Assembly (NCBI RefSeq): GCF_030028105.1
Contig: NC_092384.1
Coordinates: 40,555,553-40,619,552, forward strand
Direction: 5' to 3'
Length of the DNA stretch: 64,000 nucleotides
Source: Mobula birostris
Taxonomy: Eukaryota
Shown: positions 1-13,319 of the stretch, piece after piece
Layout: each line of letters begins with the position of its first letter
How positions within the stretch are numbered: position 1 is the first letter of the stretch
Notes under the pieces: generated by a model
The model's database searches: none
What the model saw: only the letters and a program-made list of their open reading frames with translations
What the model was told of the DNA's origin: nothing
Program-made: the position numbers and the translations under genes

Positions 1-120
1 AGCATCAAAATTATGGCGAGAAGGCAGGTATATGGGGTTGAGTGGGATCTGGGATGGAATAGTAAGCAGATTCGATGGGCTGAATTCCCTAATACTACTG
101 CTCCTATGTCTTGTGGTCTG
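1..120 (+). mobile_element. CR1-type LINE 3' tail
   Basis: gatgggctgaat...ctgctcctatgtcttgtggtc matches the CR1 3' tail seen in other copies in the window. Confidence 0.65.
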
Positions 121-789
121 TGAAAGGGAAATTACGTTAGATTTTTTTTTTTGTTTGGGAATGTAAGTAAATATAAATAATTTTCTCATAATATATTTAT
201 ATTTTTCTCTAGAGCTTTAACAAGATTTTGCATAACCTACAATCTCATGGAGATGTGTGTATTAGCAAGGGAAGGATTGGTTAATGGGCAGAAAAAGATG
301 TGCCACAAAAGTTGGTTCTTAAGTCTCAGCTGTTTGTAATCTGATGGCCAGTTATAATGTATTTAAGTTTTCTTATAATACAAAAGTTAAATGGAGACAG
401 TAAGCTTGGAGGTGGTGGGGCGAGGGTACTTGAAGTATTAAATGAATGGGCAAGAGGTGCATGCAAATCTAAGATACACTTTTATTAAAAAGTTTTAAAA
501 TGGTAAACAGTTATTAAATTTTCTTGTTCTGTCTGAGAAATGTGGATATCCTTGTACAAGCAACAAAAGATAAGTATCTAGGTACAACAAGCAAGCCATC
601 AGGAAAGCAAGCAGTATGTTTTTTATGAGGGGTTTGCGGTGCTTGATACTGAAAGTCTTGCTTCAAGTTCATAGAATTTTGCTGAGATCATAGGACGTAG
701 CTGTTTTAGCCTCTTTATTTTGGGAGACGTACAGGTCGAAATTCTCTTGTCTGTCACCCTCGGGACCTGAATGGTAAGTGGCCACAGAA

Positions 790-3050
790 AATTCAGTTCA
801 AAGTTCAAAGTAAGTTATTATCAAAGTACATACTGGATATGTCACCATATACAACCCCGAAATCCATTTTCTTGCAGACACACTCAGTAAATCCATTAAC
901 CATAACAGAATCAACGGGCGTACATCCTGTGTGCAAAAGACTACAAACTGTTCAAATAGAAAAGGAAAGAAATAATTAATCAATCAATTAATTAATGGGT
1001 AAATAAATAACTAAATAGATAGACAAACAAGTATGCAATAAGCATTGAGAATGTAAGATGAAGAGTCCTTGAAAGTTAGCCCATAGGTTGTGGGATCATT
1101 TCAATGATGGGGCAAGTAAAGTTATCCACTTTGGTTCTTGAGCCTGATGAATGAGGGGTAATGACTGTTTCCGAACCTGATTTTGGGTGGCAGGGTTCCC
1201 TGAAGATGGATGCGGCTTTCCTACAATAACACTCCATATAGATGTACTCAGTGGTGGAAAGGGCTTTACCTGTGATGAACTAGGCCATATCCACTACTTC
1301 TGTAGGATTTTCCATTCAAGGTCATTGGTGTTTCCATACTATGCTGGAGTGCAGCCAGTCAATATACTCTCCACCACACATCTATAGAAGTTTGTGAGTT
1401 TTAGATGTCATACCAAATCTTCATAAACTTCGAAGGAAGTTGACACACTGCCGTGCTTTCCTCATAATTGCACTTGCGTTGGGCCCAGAACAGATCCTCC
1501 AAAATAATACACCAAGGAATTTAAAGTTGCTGTCACTCTCCACCCCTGATCCCCCAATGAGGACTGGCTCATGGACCTCTGGTTTCCTCCTCTGGAAGTC
1601 AATAATCATCTTCTTGGTCTTGCTGGCATTGATTAAGAGGTTGTTGTTGTAGCACCACTCCACCAGATTTTCAATCTCCCTCCTATATGCTGATTCATCA
1701 GCAAACTTGAATATGGCATTGGAGCTCTGCTTAGCCACACAGTCATAAGTGTAAAGTGGGTAGAACAAAGGTCTAAGCACACACACTTGTGATGCCCCTG
1801 TGCTGATGGAGATGCTGTTGCCAGTCTGAACAGACTGAGGTCTGCCAGTGAAGAAATCGAGATCCAATTACACAAGGAGGTATTGAGGCCAAGGTCTTAA
1901 AGCTTATTTATTAGTTTTGAGGGGATGATAGTATTGAATGATGAGCTGGAGTTGATAAGCAGCATCCTGGCGTATGCATCTTTGCTGTCTAGGTATTCCA
2001 GGGTTGAGTGAAGGCCAATGAGATGTCATCTGTTGTAATGGTTGGCAAACTGGAGTGGATCCAAGTCCCTTCTTAAGCAGGAGCTGATATGTTTCATCGT
2101 CATCCTCTCAAAACACATCATCACTACTGGACAATAATCATTGAGACAGGCTACCATATTCTTCTTAGATACCGTTATGACTGAAGCTTGCTTGAAGCAT
2201 TTGAGTACCTCAGACTGCCAAAGCCAGAAGTTAAAAATTTCAGTGAACACTCTAGCAAGTTGATCAGCACAGGTCTTTAATACTCGGCCAGGTACCCCAT
2301 GTGGGCTGGATGCTTTCTGTGGGTTCACCCTCGTGAAGGATGTTCACAAGTTGGTCTCAGAGACTGAAATCACAGGATCATCGGGGGCTTTGGAATTTGT
2401 GATGGATCCTCCATGTTTTGACAGTCGAAGCAAGCATAGAAGGTATTGAGCTGATTTGGAAGCAAAGCCTTGTTGTCACCTAATTTAGCATTTAAGCCCT
2501 GCCACAACTGTCGTGCATCTTTCATTGATTCAAGTTTTGACCAGATTTGTTACTTCACGTGTGAGATGATTTTCCGGAGATTGTATCTGGACCTCTTGTA
2601 ACTTTCCTGGTTGCCAGACTTGAATGCTTCTTATCTGGTCCTCAGCAAATTGCGGATCTCATGGTTCATCCAGGGGAAGGTGTTGAATGATTTTGCAGGG
2701 CACCCTCGTCTACAACCGTTTTTATAAAGTGGTGACTATGGTGTATTCACTTAGATCCACAGATGAGTTCTTGAACATGGCCCAGTCCACCAACTCGAAG
2801 AAATCCCATAACCACTCCTCTGCCTCCAGTGACCACCTCTTTCTTGGCCTTTTCTCTGAACCATGCTCTTTAGCCTCAACTAGTATGCAGGTAGGACAGC
2901 CGAGTGATCAGATTTCTCAAGATGCGATCTGGGCATGGAAATTCCCGTTGTCACATTCCTCTGAGGAGGAGCACTATTCTTTTAAAGAGTAGACCCTACC
3001 TGGGTCACATAACAGCTCTGAGTACTGTCTGTAACCACTGTTAATTTAGA
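790..3050 (-). mobile_element. Rex1/Babar-clade LINE, decayed and 5' truncated
   Basis: Minus-strand ORF fragments: IFKFADESAYRREIENLVEWCYNNNLLINASKTKKMIIDF (1421-1867) and GVPGRVLKTCADQLARVFTEIFN...LDPLQFA (2026-2328). A short-repeat tail lies near 790-830. Confidence 0.88.
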
Positions 3051-3179
3051 TCGCTGTTGACTGAGATTAAAAGAATTGTAGGTTAATTGCTACAGAATAG
3101 TACAGATCTTAGTTAATTTAGATTTTAGATTTTCATTATAATTACTTAATTAGTATGGATTCAAAGCATGCTGAACCAT

Positions 3180-4520
3180 AGGCCTTCCTCAATCACAGGA
3201 AGTGGGAGTTTCAGCCTGATGGTTCCACAGCCCTATACTGCCCATTTTTACCTTTTACCCATGATTCGCAGACCATTAGTGTCTTGGTGGAGCCATTGTT
3301 TCTGCCTGCTCTTGCATCATTGAACTTATCTCCACATAATGCGACTCTGCCTTGTTACCTTTCCGTGGACTCTGTATTACAAACGTACTTTGCCAACACT
3401 CCCCAGTTTTTATTCTCCACCACATCGATGACTGCATTGGTATTACCTCCTGCACCCATGTGGAATGGCACTTTCATGACTTTCACTACCTACTTACAGA
3501 AAATCATTCTTTGTCATATCTGCAACAGGATCCTACCAGCAGCCACATCTTGTCTTAACCCAACCTTTTCTGCTTTTCTCTGGGGCCACTCTCTCCGTGA
3601 CAACCTATATCAGTCATCCTTCCTCACCCACCCACCCCTCTACTTCCCCAGGCACTTTCTCCTGAAACGGTGGGGGTGTAACACCCTCCTCCCTCACCAC
3701 CGTCCAGGGACCGGAACAACCCTTCCAGGTGAGGCAGAGGTTTGCATGTACCTACCCCAATCTTGATTACTGTGTCTGGTGCTCCTGATTTGCCCTCTTC
3801 TAATCAGTGAGACCAAGTGAAGACTGAGCCACTGTTTTATCGAGCACCTGCATGTCCGCCCTAACCATTTGGAGCTCCTAGTTGCAAAACACGTTAATCC
3901 CCCTCCCCACTCCCAAATGAGTCTGTCTGTTGTTGCCTTCCTCCGCTACCAGGGTAAGACCAAATGCAAATTGGGAGGAATAGCTGCTCATGCTACATCA
4001 GCGTATCCTATAATCCCAGTGGCATGAACATGACCTGCTCCCTATCTGTCCAGTTTTTTCTCTCATGTTCATCTATTCAGTTCCTCCTGCACTCAGCCAA
4101 TTCCCTCCAGTCCCCACTCACACTGATACTTTGCCCCTTCACTTACTTCAATCAGCTAGATATTCCATCTGCCCACCCCATCTCCCTATTTGCTTCACTT
4201 TCCTTTCCTACCAGTTTCCATCATCTGCAGCCCATTGTTGCCTCCATCTTTGTCCTCTCAGCCTCTGTTGCTATTTCATTTCTTTTTGCTATTTGTCCAT
4301 TTACCTACCATTCCTCCTTACCTGAATCCATCTATCATTGTTCTGTCCCTTCTCATCAGCTCTTTATACTGGCTACCTCCCCTGTATTCTTTCAATCCAG
4401 ATGAAGAACCTTGATCTGAAACGTCAACTGTTCATTTCTTTCCAGACATGCTGGGTGAACCGTTGGGTTCCTCCAGCAATTTTTTTTACTCCAGATTTCA
4501 GCAGTCTTGTATGCTTCAAG
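3180..4520 (+). mobile_element. Old Penelope-like element with decayed GIY-YIG region, pseudo-LTR and degenerate hammerhead
   Basis: Similar to the young copy at 18143-19577 (ttccaggtgaggcagaggtttgcatgtacc; gtgagaccaag...gagcacct). Ends with ccagatgaagaaccttgatctgaaacgtcaactg (4397-4430) and the family 3' end. Confidence 0.8.
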
Positions 4521-4990
4521 ATTGAGGTATTTGCCGAAGATTCACTGATTTGACTGGTTTAATTCCTAGGAAGCAGCCTGCCCTATGAGGATAGATTGTG
4601 CAGAATGGACTAAGATTTTCTGGCATTCAAAAAAATGACACATGAGTTAGAAAGATCATCACAGGACGAACCTGTCAGGGTTGGCATAAGCGATTGGCTG
4701 GAGGGTTAAAAGATGGAGCATTGTCTCAAAATAAGACTTCCATTCAGGAATGAGATGGGAAGAAATGCCTTTACCTAGAGAACAGTGAATATTTGGACTA
4801 CTCTACCCCAGATCACCATTTATTGCAGATTTTTGGATATCATGCCCCTCTGTCTCGGGGAATTGAAGGATATGAGGATCAGACAAGAGGATGGTGTCGA
4901 GGTGGAAAAGCAACTTTGCTGTTGTTGAATGACGGAGCAGCTCAAAAGGATGCTTAGCTTACTCCTTCTCCAATATCACATGTTCTCGTA
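4520..4990 (+). mobile_element. Decayed CR1 LINE 3' fragment
   Basis: gaatgagatgggaagaaatgccttt...gtgaatatttgg and tail gacggagcagctcaaaaggatg...tactccttctcc. Confidence 0.6.
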
Positions 4991-5306
4991 CCCCAAGAAG
5001 ACTATTTTAGTCTTTCCTATAAGTGAATACCCTTCATTGCTGGTAACATTTTTGTGATTTCTCTTTGCCTTTACTCCAGAACTTTTCTTTTTTTTTGAAT
5101 AGGGAAATGAAAACTATTCCTAAGTGTGGTCTAACAGACTTTCTATATGAATTTAATATTGATCTTCTCTTTTCCTATTTCCAAATCTTTGCTTCTCTGT
5201 CACATTTAGCTTTTTCTCTTCCATTGGTGAAGGACCATTCCATTACTCTAGCCAAAATAAACCACACTTTGTTGGATTGAATTATCTATGTCATTTATGT
5301 GTCCAT

Positions 5307-5520
5307 AGCCAGCTGGTGGCGTAGTGGCATCAACGCCAGACTTCGGAGCGAAGGCTCCTGAGTTCAAATCCAGCAAGCTCTCTTGGCACGCTTTCCATCT
5401 GTGCTGGGTTGAGCGTCGAGCTAGCAACTCTGCCTTGTAAAAGTAATAAAGCCTGCTAAAAAAACGCCGTCATGACGGCGTCCCAATGACTCCACTTGGA
5501 CTTAAGGGCTTTCTTCTTCT
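5307..5520 (+). mobile_element. tRNA-derived SINE with (TTC)n tail and 16-bp TSD
   Basis: A box TGGCGTAGTGG (5317-5327) and B box GAGTTCAAATCC (5360-5371). Flanked by tcatt[t/g]atgtgtccat at 5291-5306 and 5521-5536. Confidence 0.88.
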
Positions 5521-6384
5521 TCATTGATGTGTCCATTCTTCAGGTTTGCTTTTGTCTTCCTCTTTTTTTTTGTGTAATCCTCTTCATTATCAGTTACTCC
5601 CCACTCCCCATCACCATCAATCTCAAAGTTTGCTGTTATTTCCTAATTTCAACACTAAAGTTTGCTCGGATTTCCAGCATCTGCAGATTTTCTCTTCTTT
5701 GTGGTTTGATCAACACTAAAGCGTTTGATTTCTGAGTTTAGATTACTTGTGTAATTAACATATTGATGTTGATGGAAAGCTTCTTCATAACTTTTGCCAG
5801 CTAGGGAAGTTTATCTTACTCACTAGGCTCTGTTTTTGTACAGATAGTCTAGACTGGAATCTCGGCATTACTGAATTATGTATTTTAAGACTGTAATGTA
5901 ATGAGGTTAAATAGATTTTTATTTTGAGGGTTCTACTTAGTGATCTTTGTTCCAAAAATATTGAACCCTCATTGACTTTATTGTACTGTATTTTAAGATA
6001 ACAAATTTCAATTTAAGATCAATTAAACATGATTGTTTTTCCTAACTCTGCTTGGCACACAACCCTAAGCCACGTCGAGCTGGGAGCTTCCAGCACAGCT
6101 AGAATGCAGACTATGCATTGTCAATGTGTTACCAAGGATGCAGCTGATATTATCTTCATCTCAGATAGGATACTGCCAGAGCTAGTTCCCATGGAAGAGT
6201 TAATACACGATAGTGAAAGATTGAAAGATTATCAGTACTGGCTGGTTCTCTTAATGGGTGGATAATTCCTCTTGTAGTTTATTTTAAAAGTAATTTTCTA
6301 CCTGAATTTAAGTTTCAATTTAGTGTAAATTCACTTAAACTGTGAAACAGTGATTATGCTAAGACATTGAAACAATGGAAAGGG

Positions 6385-6540
6385 AGAACATAAGAACATG
6401 AGAAATTGGAGCAGGAGTAGGCCATATGGCCCATCGAGCCTGCACCACTTCTCATTAAGATCTTGGCTGACCTGGCCATAGACTCATCTCCACCTGCCTG
6501 CCTTTTCCCCATAACCCTTCATTCCCATACTATGCAACTA
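6385..6540 (-). mobile_element. CR1 3' tail
   Basis: agaacataagaac...ggagcaggagtaggccat...ggcccatcgagcctgc. A similar piece lies at 6760-6890, and a + strand tail at about 7210-7280. Confidence 0.75.
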
Positions 6541-7021
6541 CTTGGGAGTTGAGATGGTGTCATTGTGTTTTTCATTAGAACAATGAATTCTTAGAAGATA
6601 TTTAGTAATTTCAGAATTGTGTTATCAAAAAGAAGTACTCCGGCTGAAATAAAGGTGGTCTGCAAATTTCGAAACTATTGAAAATAAATTGCAAGTAGAA
6701 GGTGAAGGCCACTACAGCAAATAAAAGAAAAATCATGAAAATATTTGAAACAGTCTATATAGGAACTTAAAATCATAAGATATGGGAGAAAAATTAGGCC
6801 ATTAACCCCATTGAGTCTGCTCTGCCATTGATCATTGCTCAGTTTTATTTCAATCCCATCTCCCCACTCTCCCCACCTGACTGAACACTTACAGGCAAAT
6901 GAGTGCAAATTGCTTTAACTTCAGTTGCAGGTAAAATAAAACCTCACTTTAAAAACCACCTTTAATGACTTTGTTTTGCTCAGTTCATTGTTATGTAATC
7001 AAATCTTCTCTCTTCCTATAG

Positions 7022-7100
7022 CCATTTGGTGTGAACCAGCCTGGGCCTTATATCATGTACACAACAGCAGATGCCAATGGATATCTGAAGAATGCATCAG
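7022..7100 (+). CDS. ITFG1: ITFG1 (TIP/LINKIN) internal coding exon, 5th from last
   Basis: Pyrimidine tract + AG at 7020-7021, GT at 7101. Encodes PFGVNQPGPYIMYTTADANGYLKNAS+G (79 nt, phase 0 to 1), which I recognise as ITFG1 C-terminal ectodomain. Confidence 0.96.
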
Positions 7101-7544
7101 GTGGGTACTTGAAGCTCAAACCTAATGTAACTTAAATTGTGAGCGTAGTTTGAAGTAATTTTAATAATACAAATTAGTGGGAAAACAGAAATGAGTAAGG
7201 GTGAATTGAACACAGTGAATGGCAGTGCTGGCTCGAAGGGCCGAATGGCCTATTCCTGCACCTATTGTCTATTGAACCAATATACCAGGTGATAACGCCG
7301 TAAGAGAATTCTAGATATAGGTCTTATAACATCCTGGCTGTTGTAATGTCAGAACTTGTTGCTACTCTAAGCCAGCCTGTTCCGAAACTATAATGACATT
7401 TGCAAAAAAATATAAAAATGACCTAAGTACTACCTGCAAAGAAAAAGCAAGGCAAGTCCAATCCAGCTCAATACTGCTCCATTATTCTATTCTTACCCAT
7501 AAGCAAAATGGCAAAGGTACTGTTGGCAATGCTCAGTTTTGTTT

Positions 7545-8165
7545 CTTTAGATTATGAAGACACGCAGTCCTCTTTTATTGTCATTTAGTAATGCATGCAC
7601 AAGAAATGATACAATATTTCCTCCGGTGTGATATCACAAAACACAAGACAGACCAAGACTGAAAAAACTAACAAAACCACATAATTATAACATACAGTTA
7701 CAACAGTGCAACAATACCATAACTTGATGAAGAACAGTCCATGAGCACAGTAAAAAGTTCAAAGTTTCTCAAGTGTCCCACATCTCACGCAGACGGGAGA
7801 AGGAAGAAAAACTCTCCCTGCCATGCCCGACCACAGTCCAACTCTGAGTCGTCCGAAAACTTCGAGCCTCCGATCAGCTCTCCAACACCAAGTACCAAGC
7901 ACCATCTCTATCCGAACGATTCAACCTCAATCTCAGTCACCCACAGCAGGCAAAGCTGGGGATTTTGAGGCCTTCCCTCCGGAAGATTCTCGATCACGCA
8001 GTAACCACAGCAGCGAACGGGCGTTTCAGAAATTTCTCCAGATGTTCCTCTGTGCTTTCACGTCTGTCTCCATCAAATCAGAATAGTCCATGGCCCCTAT
8101 TTAACGAATACAATATAATTTTCACCGGAGGGCTGCACACTCGCGGCGCGTTGCTGTCTTTCTAG
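7545..8165 (-). mobile_element. Non-autonomous retroelement with Rex1-like 3' end
   Basis: ctcttttattgtcatttag...tgatatcac tail resembles the ends of Rex1/Babar copies here (e.g. 41870-41890). CpG-rich body with no RT coding. Confidence 0.55.
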
Positions 8166-8399
8166 TAGAACCATCAAGTTCAAGCATTGATTCAGACTTG
8201 GATAAAAAAGCTGAATCCCAGAAATGAGGTTGGAGTAATTCCTTTTGCTGTAGAGGTAGTGTTTGAATAACTGTGACATCAAAGAACCTTGGTAAAATTG
8301 TTACATAGCAAATAAGGGAAAGATACATGAATGTTGAAGTTATACCAAGTATAAAGAAAGATGTTTGTAATTATTAGAGATCAATCTTATCAGCCCAAA

Positions 8400-8805
8400 A
8401 CATTGCTACAAAAATTCTTCGACGAAGAGCTGCAACAGTGTGTACTATCTACAAGATACACTGCAACAACACACCAAAGTTCCTAAGCCAGCACCTTCCA
8501 GACCTTCAACCACTACCATTTAGAAGGACAAGAACAGCAGATACCTGGGAACACCACCACTTGGAAATCCCCCTCCAAGTCACTCATCATCCTGACTTGG
8601 AAATGTATCACTGTTCCTTCATTGTCACTGGGTCAAAGTCATGGAATTCCCTCCCTAACAGCACTGTGGGTATACCTACACCTCAGGGACTGCAGCTGTT
8701 CAAGAAGGCAGCTCATCACCACCTTCTCAAGGGCAACTATGGACGGGCAAAAAAAAACACTGGCTTAGCTGGTGACGCCCACATCCCATTACTGAATAAA
8801 TTTTA
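8400..8805 (+). mobile_element. CR1-group LINE 3' end
   Basis: ORF 8438-8806 has GSKSWNSLP...FKKAAHHHLL, followed by tail gacgcccacatccc...gaataaa. A second, more decayed copy lies at about 61540-62070. Confidence 0.8.
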
Positions 8806-9189
8806 GAAAATCATCCTGCATTTCTTAGTAACTTTCTGCAATATTTTTGTTTCTGTAGGAAACCAGTCCCCCTTACATATCATAAATTTAAGTCATATGA
8901 TTCAATTTGAGTCTGTTGTCTATCTGTATACAGTTAATTTCTTCCTAATTGCCTGTGTCAGCCTGCACATTTCACCGAGTACTTTAATCATTTGATGTTC
9001 AATGAACTAAACCACAATGCTTTCAGCTCACATCATATTGTTCAGTTCTTTTTAACTGCTATCTCTGAAACCTATGCTCAGTGGTGTATCAATCCATCTG
9101 CTTCAAAACAACGTTTATATTCTTAAGCTCAGTGATAATATTGACATGTTTAAGTTTGCATTTTTCACACTTTGATCATAAGTGTTCAT

Positions 9190-9640
9190 TGGTAAGCTAG
9201 AGAAAGTTGTAAAATTGGTCAGCTCCATCTTGGGTATTAGCCTCCATAGTACCCAAGACGTCTTCAAGGAGTGTTGCCTTAGGAAGGCAATGCCTATCAT
9301 TAAGGACTCCCATTATCCAGGACATGTCCTCTTGTCATTGTTACTATAGTGAAGGAGGTACTGAAGCTTGAAGGCACACACTCAGTGATTCAGGAACAGT
9401 TTCTTCCCCTCTGCCATCTGCTTTCCAAATGGACAATAAACTAATGAATACTTCCTTACTTTTATTATTTATGTTTTTGCACTGTTGTTAATTTAACTGT
9501 TTAATATACATATATATACTTACTGTAATTGATTTACTTAATTATTTTTTCTATATTATCGTGTATTGCATTATCCTGCTGCCACTAAGTTAACAAATTT
9601 CATGACATATATTGATGATACTAAACCTGATTCTGATATA
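9190..9640 (+). mobile_element. Rex1/Babar LINE 3' end
   Basis: gattcaggaacagtttcttcccctctgccatc and tail aaacctgattctgat. Confidence 0.75.
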
Positions 9641-10239
9641 ATGAAAATGTTACAGGACAAATGTACATCAATATACAGCATTGTTAGGCATCTAACCTAA
9701 TTTAAATTAAGGCTAACAACACATATTACAATGCCACCTTAATTGTTTACACACACAGTACTTAATGGCATGAATAATTATGGTGATGATAATATGGATG
9801 TCATCGGTGCTTACTGCTATTGGGGCATAAATGAGGTACCAATTTGTGGCATTCACCTATGCCGGGGTAAACCCAGATATCCAGAAGCTGACTACCCAAT
9901 TTGTTGTGCTTCTCCTGAAACGTTGCCACACTTGCACAGCACTAACTACTTTGTCATTGAAATAAATGTAAGAATATGATAGTTCAGTTAATAGCTTACT
10001 ACGTACTGAACATCTGCAAAATTTTTGGTCTTTCCCAACTTAAGTACAAGGAATCTTCCTTCTCTGTTCCTTAGATAATAATTATTGTTGGAGATGTATA
10101 AAGTTTAACTTAGTCTCTAATGTTTCTCTTAACCCCATTTTATTTCTCTTTCTATTTCTTTAATTTTATTTTATGATTTTGATTTAAATGATTTTAAATA
10201 TTGTAGCGAATGATTTCAAGGTCAGTCTCTACTCATCAT

Positions 10240-10830
10240 AGAACTTTATAGCGTAGGAATGGGTCTTTTTCGCTCACCACTGCCGACCATGATGCCAATC
10301 TACACTGAGCCTATTTTCCTGTATTAGGCTTCTATCCCTCAACATCTCTCCCATGTACATGCCTGCCCAAATGTCTTTTAAATATTGTAATTGTATTGTC
10401 CTCTGCCACCTCCTCTGGCTGCTTGTTCCTGATAACTACCATCTTCTGTATGGAAAAAGTTGCCCCTCAAGTGTCCTTTAAATTTCCCCCTTTCAGGTGA
10501 AAACTGTGCCATCCATTTCTAGACTCCCTTCTCCGGGAAAAGGCTCTGACTATCTACTATGTCTATGACCGTCATAATTTTATAGACCTTTAAGGGCATT
10601 TGACAGCCTCCTACATTCTGGTGAAACTAAGCTCAGCCTATCCAGTTTCTACTTATATCTACAGCCCTCCATCTTGGTGAATCTCTTATGTACCTTCTCA
10701 ATAGCAGGAGTTCCCAACTAACTTGAGGTCCATGGACCCCTCTGTTAACGGTAGGGGTACGTGGCATAAAAAATGGTTGAGAACCCGTGCTCTATAGCTA
10801 CCACATTCTTACTGTAGTGTGGCGAGTAAT
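10240..10830 (-). mobile_element. CR1 3' fragment interrupted by a hAT-type MITE
   Basis: tcctctgccacctcctctggctgcttgttcc...tgccatccatttctagactcc are typical reverse-strand CR1 ORF2 end motifs. Confidence 0.7.
10705..10789. mobile_element. 85-bp hAT-type MITE
   Basis: Imperfect TIRs caggagttcccaac / ggttgagaacccgtg. 8-bp TSD ctcaatag (10697-10704) / ctctatag (10790-10797). Confidence 0.8.
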
Positions 10831-13319
10831 CGTGAGAGTTAAAATTTAATTGGTTAAGAAGACAAGCAATAGCATGCATGAATATCTGCTGTGCTCTGCT
10901 TTTCTAATTTACAATAATAAGTTGCTCATAAATTCACAGAAGTTCTGTGGACTGCTGTAAATATGAATAAAGAAATGTTCAGTTGCCAGTGACTATAAAA
11001 TTTCAGCAATTATCATTCTCCGTCAGTACCTTAGGGATAGTTAAATTAGTTTTAAACTAAAAGAAGTATTGAGGTGAGCAGTGAATATCCAATTTTTATT
11101 TCATCTTCATGAATGATGAAAACGTCAATGTAGTCATAAAGTACCTATCGCATAAGTGTCACAACCATATTCGATAGTTGAGGTGAAAAAATTTGATGCA
11201 TTCAAAAGCAGCTCAATAAATATGAGAGAGAAAGATTAGAAATATATGCTGATATGATGGTGTGGAACATAATTAAATTGAGCCAAATGACTTATTGATC
11301 CATTATTCCATGCAGCTTCAAATATTTAATAATTACTATTATTTAGTGAAAAATACTTCAACCGTACTGGTACTTAATTTACTCAGTGGTGAAAGGGCTC
11401 AGCCAGTTGAACTTTCACTAAAATGATTGAATTGAAAATTCTGCTACCTTTGTGAATAAATTTGATATAATTGCCTACATGTCTCATCTGTGAAAAATCC
11501 AGGATGAGTAAAAGGACATGTGGCAACATTGTTCTAAAATATATTACCTACATTATGATTCCATATAGAAAGTGTCCTAAATTATTTCTTGCACATTTTA
11601 ATTGTGTCATTTGTAGTTATCACAAGTTTGGCAGTACGGTAAGTTATAGTTTGCCACTTTGAAGTCTGAGTTTTTCCAAATCATGTATAAACTGAATAAC
11701 ACTAACTTGTTGAGGGAATAGGTATCAAGTTCCTACATTGTGAGCTGCAGGGCTTAGCAAGTTGTCAAATACTCTGTCAATATAGCTGTAGGCTAAAATG
11801 CAAGATAAACTAATTGTGCCAACTATTGAAGCTCTGCAGTTTAGAGATATCATAATCATTCGGAATGCCAGACACCAGAATCTAAATTATCAGGGTTCAA
11901 GTTACTTTGGAGTATCTGGCCTCACCAAACAACTTGGAATCATTTCTTTCTTCTGGATTTTTGGAACACCGTTTGTTCAGTCAAATTTATCCAATTTTCC
12001 TGAACTTGAGTGATCCCCAAATAACAGTCTATTCATGGATTTGGCCAAAGCTACCACTCACTGGATAATGATGTGTGATATCCATGTGGGATAAGGTGGG
12101 ATGGGGTTTGGTTTTAACTAGGAAGAGGCATTGAGAAATAGCTATACTCATCACTAGTTGTAACGTATTTTGGGACACATATTGAACTGATTGACAAGTA
12201 GACAAACCTACTATATAGTCCATTGGGCACCAAGACCTTCAAGATAATGTTCACTTACCGGTTGCCCATACCCAAAACTGTAGTCACGACTGGTCAGTGG
12301 TAATAGTTCAGAGCAAAATTTGGTGCTGGGCTCAGAAGTCCCCTACCTGGAATACATACCATGCCCTTTCTAATGTATGCTTCTTCCAAGCACCTTCAAC
12401 ATGGAGAAATAAGACATTGTTGAAGGACAATATTCGGAATCATCCAAAGGCTTTCTTACGTGTATTTGAGCTAGATGTAAAACAATCTGAGATACAGAGT
12501 AAATGTTTCAATACTCAGCACCACTTCTTCCTGCCTATATATATCACTATGCTGCTAATTCTAGTAGGTCCGTATTATCAAGACGTATGCAAGCATTGTG
12601 ATGAAGTAGTTCAGGATGTTGGCTGAAAGTTATTATTCTGTTAGTATGACTATTGTCAGTTACTTGCAGTGCCATAGGAGTAAAGGTGGTTTTCACTCCA
12701 CGCACCTGTTTTCTGGTTTTTGGCAGTCACCTGAGGTCTAAACATTTCTAACTAACTGCCCGATCTCAAACTTCAATGCTGGTGCATCAGGAAATTGCAC
12801 ATAACGTAGATTGCAAAGTAAGTTTGGGTAGGTTTGCGGATTAGATATTAAGGGACTGTCAATATTTAATCAAAATTTATTTGCATCTCTGGCCCAGGAG
12901 TAGAATTGTACTCGACAGAGAAGATCTTTTAAAAGGATTGAAATTTGCAGTTTTGTTGCTTGTACTGTGCCCTCTGTCACCACTGAGTCAGACATGTGGA
13001 TTCTCTGGTAGATAGATCCTCTTTTTAGGTTTTTACTTAATGCTTGCTCCTATGTCATTATCCCTGGTTACTAACATCATTCAGATCACTGTTAATAGCA
13101 GCAGGCACTCAGATTAATAACCGATCTGAGTATTCTCCTGAACCAGTTACTTTTTCAATCCCTTCTCTTTAATCCAGCTCTTCCCTGATTCTCTGGATAG
13201 CACAGGAAAAATTCCTTGAGAAAATTAACAGGGTATAGAATTCAGAGAAAGTTAAATTTAGTTAGAAAAGAGAATACAGCAGTTTAATAGAGTGGTTGTG
13301 AAAACTCTTTACTTCCATT

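Noticed and set aside
3964-4414. Overlapping hydrophobic ORFs (also 18089-18585, 19628-20042, 33033-33513, 45886-46218)
   Set aside because: These are stop-poor readings of the pyrimidine/purine-skewed Penelope pseudo-LTR.
5307-5380. tRNA gene (also 58900-58969)
   Set aside because: A/B boxes are present, but they continue into SINE bodies with tails and lack a complete cloverleaf and T-run terminator.
12393-12426. Inverted repeat ccttcaaca/tgttgaagg as a miRNA hairpin
   Set aside because: The stem is only about 9-11 bp, too short for a pre-miRNA and expected by chance in 64 kb.
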